DNA from: Octopus sinensis
Lineage: Eukaryota
Reading direction: 5' to 3'
Assembly: GCF_006345805.1 (NCBI RefSeq)
Contig: NW_021836117.1
Coordinates: 1-25,283, forward strand
DNA: 25,283 nucleotides
A program made the position numbers and the translations under genes. How positions within the stretch are numbered: the first letter of the stretch is position 1; every line of letters starts with the position of its first letter. This document shows, in pieces, positions 10,424-23,043 of this stretch. Under the pieces are notes generated by a model. That model worked only from the letters and a program-made list of their open reading frames with translations, was not told the origin of the DNA and searched no databases.

Positions 10424-11228
10424 ATACACACATATACATACATACAGTCATACAAACAAAAATACATGTACATATACGTACATATATGTACACACACATA
10501 TATGCACATATACATACACATATACATACACACAGACATACATATACATACAAATGTGCATGCGTACATATACACATACACACACACATATGTACACACA
10601 TGTATACGAACATATATACGTACATACATATAAGCTTGCATTCATACCTACATACATTCATACATACATACATGCATACACACACATACATACACACTTA
10701 CGTACACATATTCATGCTGCACACATTCATACATTCATACACACTCATATACATATATACACACATAAGTACATACACAGATGCATAAATACATAAATAT
10801 ATACACACAGACATACGTACGCACCTACATAGACACGTACATAAAACCATACGTATAAACATGCATGCATAAACACAATCATGTATATATACATACATAC
10901 GTACACACATATACATGTACATACGTGCATACTTACATACATACACACATACACATGTACGTAGATGCATACATACGTGCATACATACATAGGCACCTAC
11001 ATGCAAGTATGCAACTATACCTATATACATACGCGCATGGAATATGTACATATACACACGTACATACTTACATAACTACATACATCAGTACACGCACATA
11101 CATGCATGCATACGTACGTACATACACGCGTAGAAACACACATACATATATAAGTATGTATATATATATATATATGCGAGCATATATATATATACATACA
11201 CACATACATATATACATGCATGCATACG
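10424..11228. repeat. Compound (CATA/CA)n microsatellite
   Basis: Direct reading; inverse of 5839-6650. Confidence 0.95.
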
Positions 11229-11231
11229 TTA

Positions 11232-11280
11232 CAAAGCTGTCTGAGCCATTCCGCATCGTGCGTTCCGTCCCTCAAGGGTG

Positions 11281-11314
<34 letters not shown>

Positions 11315-12470
11315 ATCTCCTCCCTTCTGTACGTACTGACTATTGAACCATTTACTGCGGAAGCGGGGGGCGTTGATGGGTGTCTCGCGTGATCTAGTAT
11401 TTGAGAGAAATGTATCTGCTTACGCTGATGATGTCACCGTCATAGTGTCGAGCCACAGGCATATAGACCTGACAGTCGAAACACTACAGGAATATGAAGC
11501 GAAAACAGGAGCAAAAATGAACCCGGAAAAGTCAGTGGACTTGCAGCTCGGCACATGGAGAGGCAAGGCCATGCGGTCCAACAGCGTCATGCCGCGCTGG
11601 ACAGACGGTCCCAACAAGTTGCTCGGAGTCTGGTTTGGACCGGACGTCCAAGTGGAGAAGAACTGGGACGAAGTGACGAGAAGGGTAGCCAATCTCACCC
11701 AGAAATAGACCAAGAGGAAGCTGTACCTGAAAGATTGGGCGGAGGTGACGAACGCGTACATGGCACCCATCATCTCCTACCGCTTCACTGTCGTCCCTTG
11801 TCCCGTTTCCTGGTTGACCAAGCTTGTGCGCTTACTCTTCCGTTTTCTGTGGAAGATGCGCATTCCACTGGTCAGGCGCTCTATCTGTTGTCAATAGCTG
11901 CTGAGTGGAGGAGTGGGCATGCCCTGGTTACTGATGCGCAGACGTGCGCTGAGGTTGCGTCATCTCCAGCCTTTCCTTGACGGTGAGCAGGTGTGATCAC
12001 CGTTTGTAAGAGGCACTTTTCCACAGCTCGTCTTTTTGACTGAGCGGCAATCCTGGACTGGGCGTAGTCCGAAGAAGGGCGCTTGGCACCTTGAGTGCCG
12101 TCAAGCACTCACAGTCCTCCACCAGGCGGGCAATACGGTCGGTAATACTTCCACTCTAAATTTCTAAAGAGTGCTTGTGAAGGGAAAGTGCGACGACGTC
12201 CTCAGGGAAACTCTGGGTGTCGATGAAGATCAACTAACCGATCTGGTTCGCAGCACTTTCGGGCCTGAGCCTATGGATAACTTCAAGAAATCCCTTGCCT
12301 GACAGTGCTACCGAGGGGCGCTGACTGTTTGGGATAAAATTTATAGGCACGGAAATGCCGTCAGCCGGGCCCACGTGAGGTGCGCCCAGAAAGGTGAAAC
12401 TGTTCTGCACACCCTAGTCCAGTGCCCGAGTATTGCTGACCGGTGGGTTTATGTCGAACACCTACTGCAC
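11232..12470 (+). pseudogene. Tx1/L1-clade ORF2 fragment (inverted copy)
   Basis: ORFs 11343..11708 (YADD) and 12375.. (CxxxxETxxHxxxxC) lie in one reading frame broken by stops such as TAG at 11706-11708. Confidence 0.88.
11281..11319. repeat. (CT)n microsatellite inside the Tx1 RT fragment
   Basis: Direct reading. Confidence 0.95.
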
Positions 12471-12505
12471 ACACATCTCCACTGTCAAAGCATATCTGAT
12501 CAACA

Positions 12506-12568
12506 AAAAGCAATAAAATCGCACGGTCAGTATTTTGGGCATTCAGAATTGCTTCTTACAGCTTTGTA
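12506..12568 (-). mobile_element. Short diverged Tc1 3'-end fragment (inverted copy of 4496-4558)
   Basis: Reverse complement of 4496-4558. Confidence 0.65.
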
Positions 12569-12724
12569 CAGATACTCACATACATACACACATACACACA
12601 AACAGATACATACATACATACATACATACATACGTACATACATTTATTCAAATACACATACATTCATACATACAAGAATACATACTTAAACAGATACACG
12701 TACACATACGTAGATACATACATG

Positions 12725-12793
<69 letters not shown>

Positions 12794-13126
12794 ATAGATA
12801 CAGTCATAGATTCATACAGACATAGATGAATGCATACATACATGCAAGCATACCTCCATACATGCACAAATTCATGCACACATATATACACATTAACACA
12901 CATTCACACCTTCATTCATGTATACATACATATATATACACACACATGCATACATACATACGTGCATACATACACACATACATACATATATACATGTGTG
13001 TATGTGTGTATTTGTTTACGTACATATGTATGTGTACGTATGTATAAATGTATGCGTGTATCTATGCATGTGTGCATGTATATACAAACATTCATACATA
13101 CCCACAAGCATACGCACATACATACA
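12569..13126. repeat. Compound (CATA/CA)n microsatellite including (TA)27 at 12731-12784
   Basis: Direct reading. Confidence 0.95.
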
Positions 13127-13401
13127 TGGTGGCTGCCCCCTCGTTATCGAGTATGGCCATTGCGCAAAAGCTTAATCAATGTTGTTATCGTGCAATGCCT
13201 GTGCAAGACGTTTTTTTAAAGTAAGGAAAGGCTGTGCACTGAGTCAATCCCACTCACTAAGCGACAGCAGCCATAATCCGAAAAGAAGAACAAGTGAACA
13301 TCATCGGTAACCACTGAGCCGCAGGTTTTATGTCGGAGTTATCCCAGTTACCTGAGTTAACTTCTCCTAGAAGGATGCCCTAACAAAGGCACAACAAATA
13401 C
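13127..13401 (-). repeat. Unclassified repeat A
   Basis: Reverse complement of 3683-3955; shares the diagnostic bases tttcgg and gtcgc with that copy. Confidence 0.75.
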
Positions 13402-15150
13402 ACACACATACACATATATGCACATACACATGCTTATATAAATACATGCATACACACATACATACATATATACATGCACACATAATACAGACATACATAC
13501 ATATACACATGCACACATTATACACACATACATACATATAAACATGCACACATTATACACACATACATACATATAAACATGCACACATTATACACACATA
13601 CATACATATATACATGAAGACATACATACACATATACAAACGTACACATATTCATACATACATACACATATATATTCATACACATCCATATATAGGTATA
13701 TACATACACACATATATATAACATCCATACATACACTAATATACGCATACACTCATACGCACAAACATGCATACGAAATAAGCACATACATACATGCATA
13801 GCTATTTAAAAACACACACGAAAACATACGCACATATATACATGCATACATACACACATGCTTGCACACATACATATATATCCACTTACACACATGTGTG
13901 CATGTAGGTGTGTGTTTGGATATCAATGTATGTGTGTATGTGTGCATGAATGAATGTATGAATGTATGTGTATCTGCGTATGATTGTATATAGGTATGTA
14001 TATGTGTATGTATGAGTTTAACACACATAGACAAACACAAACATTATACACACCTACATACATACATACCTCTATGCACACAAACATGCATGCACACAAA
14101 CATATATACATGAACACACATAGACACATATATACACATATACATGCATATATAATTACGTGCATACACACATACATACATATATACATGCACACATATA
14201 TACATACACATATGCCCGCAGACATATACACATCCGTACATACTCACATACATATATAAGCACTTACATATATACCAACATACATGCATACATACACACA
14301 TATATAGTCACATACGTACACACATACTTACACACATGCACATATACATTCACACTTACACGCATACATTCATACACACATGCATACTGATATACACACA
14401 CACATACAAAATTACACACATACTTACATACATCCACATTCGCACATAAACACACATACATTCATACAGACATACAAATGCACATACGTAAATATATACA
14501 TACACACATACACACACATACATATTTCCATACTTAATCACATACCTACAAACACACATACACACGCACATACACACAAATATTACGCGCATACATTCAT
14601 ATATAAAAAAATATATACATACATATCCACATTCGTATATATATGTGTGTGGATGTATGTATGCGTTTTTGTATCTTTGTAGATATTTAAGCATGTATGT
14701 ATGAATATATTTATGTATGTATATATACATGTGTATGTGTATATATATGTATGTGTGTGTATGTATTTATGCGTACACATGTATGCAGACAGACAAACTT
14801 GTGAACTTACACACATAGCATACATGCAGCACACATACACGCATGTACACATATATACATACACATATACTTACATACACATACAAATAAATACGCACAT
14901 TTATACACATACGCACATACATAATTACACAGATACATACACACACATATATATAAGAACACTCAAAAATACACACATACACACTTACTTAAATACACAT
15001 ACACACACTTACATGCATACACATACATACATGCATACACACACACATACATACACACTTACGTACACATATTCACGCTGCACACATACATACATTCATA
15101 CTCACGCATATACATATATACACACATAAGTACACACACACATGCACAAA
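13402..15150. repeat. Compound (CATA/CA)n microsatellite
   Basis: Direct reading; inverse of 2031-3682. Confidence 0.95.
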
Positions 15151-15645
15151 TGTGTTTGAGAATCTCTACGCCTTCCGCTAATTAAACCACTCCACAACTA
15201 AAGTGTTTTTCGTTGCTCAATACTTGTTTAGTAATCTCCCATCTATATACAGCTGAAGAACAGTGTCCCTTTGTTCTCTTTTTACATCCTTCTTTCCTTT
15301 TTGACCCTAAATCCACATTTTCCAAACAATTGCAGTGGCGTCATCGAACTTAAGAACCCCAATTTACTGATGTTCAAATGTCATTTTTTATACATATATA
15401 TTCAACTTGTAACTTGTGAATTAATTTGTATATCTAAATAAAAAGAAACTCTTACGACCTTAATAGGGTATACAGCTTTACAGCGTAACATCAATATGTT
15501 AATTTTAGATTAAAAGAAATCTTAATTATCATAATTTAGAGTACCATTTAACTTAAGGACAACGTGTAACATTTCATATTTTGTTGTTGTTCTTTTGCTC
15601 TTAAACTTCATTCTGAAATCCCTAAAAAGCAATAAAATCACAGAG

Positions 15646-16260
15646 TCAGTATTTTGGGAACCCAAAATTACTTAATTGAGCTTTGCATCTGCGAAACATA
15701 CAAATGTTCAGAACATTTATCACTGTTGCGCAGATTTTTCCCACATTTGGCTAATAATGCTTTTAAAAAATTCTCCTTATTCTTTGTCTTAATACTTTTC
15801 ACAGCTCTACCCAACCATTCTCAAGGATTTTCGATGGGTTTCAGCTCGGGGCGACGGCGTTAGTCACTATATCAACCGAAATCTCTTAGGTATAATGTAA
15901 TTTCTGAGTAGGTACCAGGTGACATTCGGGTGGTTGTCATGCTGGAAAGTCCAAATGCTTCCGGGCGTATGGAAGCATAGTATTATTCAATATTTCTAGA
16001 TAGGACTTACTATCCATTCGGATTATAGAACTGACGTCTTTTCCCGACATACACCCTTACATCATCACACTTCCTCCAGAGTGCCTAATTGAAGGTTGGA
16101 TGCATTTTGGATGGAATTCTTCGCCTATACGCCTTCTTACATACTTCCCGCCATCTCTGCCGATCAAGTTGAACTTTGATTCGTCCGACCACAACACATT
16201 CGTCCAATCTGCTGGACTCCATTTCAAATGTTCTTTAACTCGCAAATCGATTTTTCAAAA
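15646..16260 (-). pseudogene. Tc1 DD34E transposase remnant (inverted copy of 929-1543)
   Basis: ORF 16057..16245 is identical to 945..1133 except R>G; same stops. Confidence 0.9.
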
Positions 16261-16305
16261 ACACACAAACACACCTATATGCATAGGCACTCATACATAC
16301 ATACA

Positions 16306-16339
<34 letters not shown>

Positions 16340-16556
16340 CATACATATATACATACTTACATATATAAAAACATATATAGATACATACAGACATACTCAC
16401 ATACATACATACGGACATACATACACACATACAAACATACACACACACATTACATACATACAAACATACATACATGTGTGTATGTATGTACGTGTGAATG
16501 TACTTATGTATGCATGTATGCGTATATATATATCTGCGTGTACGTATATAGATATC

Positions 16557-16587
<31 letters not shown>

Positions 16588-17060
16588 GTCTATATATATA
16601 TATATGTATGTGCGTATGTATGTTTTTTGTACATGTATATGTACGTATGCACTTATGTATGTCTGTAGGTACATAGATTCATACGTGCACACATACTTAC
16701 ATCCATAAATACATTCATACATACATACATTCATATACACATTCAATTATGCATACATGCATAAATAAATAAATACATACATACAAACATATTTACATAC
16801 ATACATACATACATCATATATACTACATACATACATACATACATACATACATACATACATACAACATACATACATACATACATGGTGTTGCCTACTCCTT
16901 ATACATACACACATCATACATATATACATGTGCGTATGTGTGTATTTGTTTACGTACATATGTATGTGTACGTATGTATAAATGTATGCGTGTATCTATG
17001 CATGTGTGCATGTATGTACAAACATTCATACATACCCACAAGCATACGCACATACATACA
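16261..17060. repeat. Compound (CATA/CA)n microsatellite
   Basis: Direct reading; inverse of 214-928 with a ~70-bp insertion near 16560-16640. Confidence 0.95.
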
Positions 17061-17335
17061 TGGTGGCTGCCCCCACTTTATCGAGTATGGCCATTTCGCA
17101 AAAGCTTAATCAATGTTGTTATCGTGCAATGCCTGTGCAAGACGTTTTTTTAAAGTAAGGAAAGGCTGTGCACTGAGTCAATCCCACTCACTAAGCAACA
17201 GCAGCCATAATCCGTAAAGAAGAACAAGTGAACATCATCGGTAACCACTGAGCCGCAGGTTTTATGTCGGAGTTATCCAAGTTACCTGAGTTACCTTCTC
17301 CTAGAAGGATGCCCTAACAAAGGCACAACAAATAC
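17061..17335 (-). repeat. Unclassified repeat A
   Basis: Reverse complement of the copy at 1-213; shares the diagnostic bases ttacgg and gttgc with it. Confidence 0.75.
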
Positions 17336-17648
17336 ACACACAGACACATATATACACATACACATGCTTATATAAATACATGCATAAACACATACATACA
17401 TATATACATGCACACATAATACACACATACAAACGTACACATATTCGTACATACATACATACATACATACACACATACATACACACATTCATACACATAC
17501 CCATATATAGGTATATACATATACACATATATATATAACATGCATACATACACTAATATACACATACACTCATACGCACAAACATGCATACAAAATAAGC
17601 ACATACATTCATGCATACCTATATAAAAACATACATAAAAACATACAC

Positions 17649-17685
<37 letters not shown>

Positions 17686-19440
17686 GCACACATGTTTGCA
17701 CATATACATACATATTCACGTACATATATGTGTGCATGTATTTGAGTGTTTGGATATCTATGTATGTGTGTATGTGTGCATGAATGCATGTATGTGAATA
17801 TGTATGTATATGTGTATCTGCGTATGATTGTATTAGGTATGTATATATGTAAGTATGTATTTAACACACATAGACACACACAAACATTATACACACATAC
17901 ATACATACACATATGCCCACAGACATATACACATCCGTACATACATACATACACACACATAGAGTCACATACATACACACACACTTACACACATATATAC
18001 ATACTTACACGCATACATTCATACACACATGCACACTGATATACACACACACATACAATATTACACACATACTTACATACACCCACATTCGCACATACAC
18101 ACACATACATTCATACAGACATACAAATGCGCATACCTAAATACATACATACACACATGCATACACACATATAAACATACATATACATACACATGTGTTT
18201 ACATAATTCCATACTTAATCACATACGTACAAACACACATAGACATGCACATACACACAAACATACACGCATCCATACATAAATACATACATATCCACAT
18301 TCATATGTATGTATGTATGCGTTTTGTATCTTTGTATATATTTATGTATGTATATATGTATGTGTGTATGTATGTATTTATGCGTACACATGTATGCAGA
18401 CAGACAAACTTGTGAACTTAAACACATAATATACACGCACACACATATACACGCATGCACACACATATACACGCATGCACCCATATATACATTCACATAT
18501 ACTTACATACACCTGCAAATCAATATGCACATTTATACACATACACACATGCATAATTACACAGATACATACACACATATATACACGAACACTCAAAAAT
18601 ACACACATACACACTTACTTAAATACACATATAACACTTACATACATACACATACACATAATACGCACATACATACACACTTACATACACATATTCATGC
18701 TGCACACATACATACAATGATACACACGCATATACATATATAGACAAATAAGTACATACACACATGCATACATACATAAATATATACACACAGACATACG
18801 TACGCAGATACATAGACACATACATAAAACCATACATATAAACATGCATGCATATAAACCAATCATACATATATACATACATACGTACACGCATATACAT
18901 GTACATACATGCATACATACATACACACATACATATGCACGTAGATGCATACATACGTGCATACATAGGCACCTACATGCAAGTATGCATCTTTACCTAT
19001 ATACATACACGCATGGAATATGTACACATACACACATACATACTTACATAAATACATACATCAGTACACGCACATACATGCATGCATACGGACGTACATA
19101 CACACGTAGAAACACACATACACATATACGAAGATACATGCATGCATGCGAGCATATATATATACATACACACATACATATATACATGCATGCATACATT
19201 GCAAACCTACACACATACTTGTTGCATACAAAATATACATGCATGGATGTGTACATACATACATACAGTACATACTAACACACATACCTACACACGTAAA
19301 TCCATACATACATAGGTTCATACTCACAAACATACAAGCATACTTAGACACCACACGCATACGTATATACATACATACATACTCACATACGTATATAGAT
19401 ACATACACACATATACGTTTATACAGTCACATATTTATGT
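17336..19440. repeat. Compound (CATA/CA)n microsatellite
   Basis: Direct reading; diverged paralog of 13402-15150 and of 10424-11228. Confidence 0.95.
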
Positions 19441-20017
19441 TCTTTTCAATTGTTTGAGTCATGGAATTGCGATTTCCAACATTTTATCTCCTAATTCATT
19501 CCTAATATCTCTCAAACATCTTTAGAACTGGCTGCGTGAGAATCTATACGACTTCCTCTAATTTGACCACTCCACAACTAAAGTGTTCTTCGTCACTCAA
19601 TCCTTGTTTAGTACTCTCTCATCTATATATAGCTGCAGAACAGTTTCCCTTTGTTCTCTTTCTACATCCTTCTTTCGCTTTTGACACTAAATCCACATTT
19701 TCCAAACAATTGCAGTGGCGTCATCGAACTTAAGAACCCCAATTTACTAATGTTCAACCGACATTTCTTTTATATATTCAACTTGTAAATCTTGAATTAA
19801 TTGTATATCTAAATAAAGAAACTCTTACGAGCTTTAATAGGGTATACAGCTTTACAGAGTAAAATCAATATGTTAATTTTAGATTAAAAATAAATCATAA
19901 TTATCCTAAATTAGAGTACCATTTAACTTAAGGTCAACAGGTAACATTTCATATTTTGTTGTTGTTTTGCTTTTAAAATTCATTCTGAAATCCCTAAAAA
20001 GCAATAAAATCACAGAG

Positions 20018-20645
20018 TCAGTATTTTGGGAACCCAAAATTACTTAATACAGCTTTGCATCTGCGAAACATAGAAATGTTTAGATCATTTATCACTGTTG
20101 CGGAGATTTTTTCCCACTTTCGGCTAATAACGTTTTTAAAAAATTCTCCTTCTTTTTGTCCTTATTCTTTCTCTTAATACTTATCACAGTTCTACCCAAC
20201 CATTCTCAAGGATTTTCGATGGGTTTCAGCTCGGGTGACGACGCTGGTCACTATATCAACCGAAATCTCTTAGGTATAATGTAATTTCTGAGTAGGTACG
20301 AGGTGACATTCGGGTGGTTGTCATGATGGAAAGTCTAAATGCTTTCGGGCGTATGGAAGCATAGTATTATTCAATATTTCTAGATAGGACTTACTATCCA
20401 TTCGGATTATAGAACTGACGTCTTTTCCCGACATACACCCTTACATCATCACACTTCCTCCAGAGTGCCTAATTGAAGGTTGGATGCATTTTGGATGGAA
20501 TTCTTCGCCTATACGCCTTCTTACATACTTCCTGCCATCTGCCGATCAAGTTGAACTTTGATTCGTCCGACCACAACACATTCGTCCAATCTGCTGGACT
20601 CCATTTCAAATGTTCTTTAACGGGCAAATCGATTTTATCAAATGC
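20018..20645 (-). pseudogene. Tc1 DD34E transposase remnant, diverged third copy
   Basis: WTNVLWSDESKF, *PASSPELKPIE, RCKAVLSNFGFPKY*. Shares the TAA and TAG-TGA stops and the 5' truncation with the other copies. Confidence 0.9.
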
Positions 20646-21129
20646 ACCTATACACACATACATGCATAGACACACATACATACAGACATACAGACATTCT
20701 TACATACATACATAAAACATATATACATACATACATACACACATACTCATATACATACATACAGACATACATACACACATACCAACATACACACATACAC
20801 ACACATACAAACATACACACATACATACATACAAACATACACATACATACATACAAACATACACACATACATACATACAAACATACATACATGTGTGTAT
20901 GTATGTACGTGTGAATGTACTTATGTATGCACGTTTGTGTATATATATCTATACGTGTCCGTATATAAATATCTGTGTGCATATATATATATGTGTATAT
21001 ATATCTATTTGTGTACGTACATAAATTCATACATACATACATTCATATATACATTCAATTATGCATACATGCATACATATATACATACATACATACATAC
21101 ATACATACATACATGCATGCATACATATA

Positions 21130-21163
<34 letters not shown>

Positions 21164-21197
21164 CATACATACATACATACATACATACATACATACA
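20646..21197. repeat. Compound (CATA/CA)n microsatellite
   Basis: Direct reading. Confidence 0.95.
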
Positions 21198-21700
21198 TGG
21201 TGGTTGTCTACACCTTATACAGTGTTTGACCACCTTCTTACCGACACCTTAGCACCATTATGGTTCCTGATGTAGCTTTTCAAACGAAAGAATATTCTGA
21301 AAAGACACCCACATAGATTGCTCCTCAAATTTGGGCCACCAAGACCTGCAGATAAATTTTGCTGTTTCTAGGTCTTAAAATGTCGCTTGAGGCCTCCGTT
21401 GGATTTGCAAACTTCATACGTTCGTCAGGGGATCATTCGATACCTTCACCCCAATATTTGTTTTGTCTCTCCTTGCATCATCACCCCATTTTCTTAACCT
21501 TATATGGTTAATAAAGAAATTGACAGTTCAGGAGTACATGCGCCATTTCACGAGTCTTATTTTGCATCCAGCAGAGTGTCCAACAACATCCTCGTCACCA
21601 AGCAAGCCTGGTGGGGTTTCCATTTTAATCGCCGACGGCACGATCATGAATCATGTGTTGTACTGGGTTACATGTTCCCAGTAGTACTCAAGAGCGACAT
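21198..21700 (-). repeat. Unclassified repeat E, ends CAACCACCA(TGTA)n
   Basis: Reverse complement of 9705-10192 but retains the gacaaccacca terminus and a long (TGTA)n missing from the left copy. Confidence 0.5.
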
Positions 21701-21748
21701 GCATACATACATACTTAAAGACATACAGACAGACAGATGGCCGTCCAT

Positions 21749-21872
21749 GAACATGTATCATACATCAAAATGAATCTGGTCCTCAAAAGCAATGGTCTAC
21801 CTTCGAATGACTGCATGTATCCCCGCCCGTGAAATTCCGTTGAGTGTTCTTTGAGCCATTTCTTCATTACCT
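21749..21872 (-). mobile_element. Second mariner fragment (inverted copy of 9533-9656)
   Basis: Reverse-complement match. Confidence 0.75.
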
Positions 21873-21879
21873 CCACACA

Positions 21880-22198
21880 AATCAGATTTAGCACTTCAGA
21901 CTATAATCTCTTCGGCGCAACAAAAGAGGTTTGAGAGGCAAACATTATACCAGTGACGAGGAAGTAAGTAATGTGGTGAAGAAGTGGCTCAAAGAACATT
22001 CAACAGAATTTTAAAGGGCAGGAATACATGCTCTCATTCGAAGAAGGAACATTGCTTTTGAGAGAAACGGTAACTATATTAAAGAGTGGGGATGTGATCC
22101 ACTGGGGCCAAGATTCATTTTGATGTATGATACATGTTCCTGTGTTGGTAATTATACCTTTCCTAAACAAAATGGCATTAGTTTTTGACTACCCCTCG
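21880..22198 (+). mobile_element. mariner C-terminus plus TIR (inverted copy of 9206-9525)
   Basis: SDYNLFG motif at ~21896; ends ...ttttgactacccctcg at 22198. Confidence 0.85.
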
Positions 22199-22954
22199 CA
22201 CATACAACATACATAAGTACGTACACACATACCCACATACATACATATATACATACAAACATATATACACACATACATATACACGTGCATACATACGTAC
22301 ATACACACACCATTATGCATACATACATTCATACATACACAAATACATGTACATATACAGATATAATACATACATATACATATATATACACATACATATA
22401 TACAACATATACATACATATATTCGCACTTACATATATAAAACATACTTGCATACATACACACATAAATACATAGTCAACACACATACACACATACTTAC
22501 ATACACACATACGCACATGCATGCATAGAAAAACATACATACAAACTCACATACATATATAAAAACATATATACATACATACATAAACACATACTCACAT
22601 ACATACATACATACACACATACATACACACATACACACATACATACACACATTACATACATACATAAATACATACATACATGTATACATGTATACATACA
22701 TACATACATGTAGACATACATTCATACATACATACATACACACATACATACATACGTACATACATACATACACACATACAAACACACACACATACACACA
22801 TACATACACACATTACATACATACGTAAATACATACATACATGTATACATACATACATGCATACATACATAAATACATACATACATACAACATACATACA
22901 TACATACATACATACATACATACATACACATACATACATACATACAACATATAT
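22199..22954. repeat. Compound (CATA/CA)n microsatellite
   Basis: Direct reading; inverse of 8449-9205. Confidence 0.95.
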
Positions 22955-23021
22955 ATTCGACCAATCTGCTGGACTCCCTATCAAGTATTCTCGAACGTGC
23001 AAATCGATTTTTTGAAATGCA
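22955..23021 (-). mobile_element. Short diverged Tc1 fragment (inverted copy of 8382-8448)
   Basis: Reverse complement of 8382-8448. Confidence 0.65.
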
Positions 23022-23043
23022 CACATACATAATACAGACATAC

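Larger units (their letters stand above)
10313..17273. repeat. Right arm of large inverted duplication (pairs with 1-6761)
   Basis: Reverse-complement order of the CR1 3' end, Tx1, repeat A, Tc1 and repeat A blocks. Microsatellite polarity flips from TG/TATG to CA/CATA here. Confidence 0.95.

Noticed and set aside
1-17273. Simple single-molecule fold-back chimera (MDA or nanopore)
   Set aside because: The arms carry substitutions and indels on both sides (including a 10% divergent patch) and there is a 3.5-kb spacer. A haplotype-merging assembly artefact is not excluded.
121-23032. Dozens of ORFs rich in H/I/T/Y or C/V/M/Y, resembling metal-binding or Cys-rich proteins
   Set aside because: These are translations of CATA/CA and TATG/TG repeats, which lack stop codons; they appear in all frames and on both strands.
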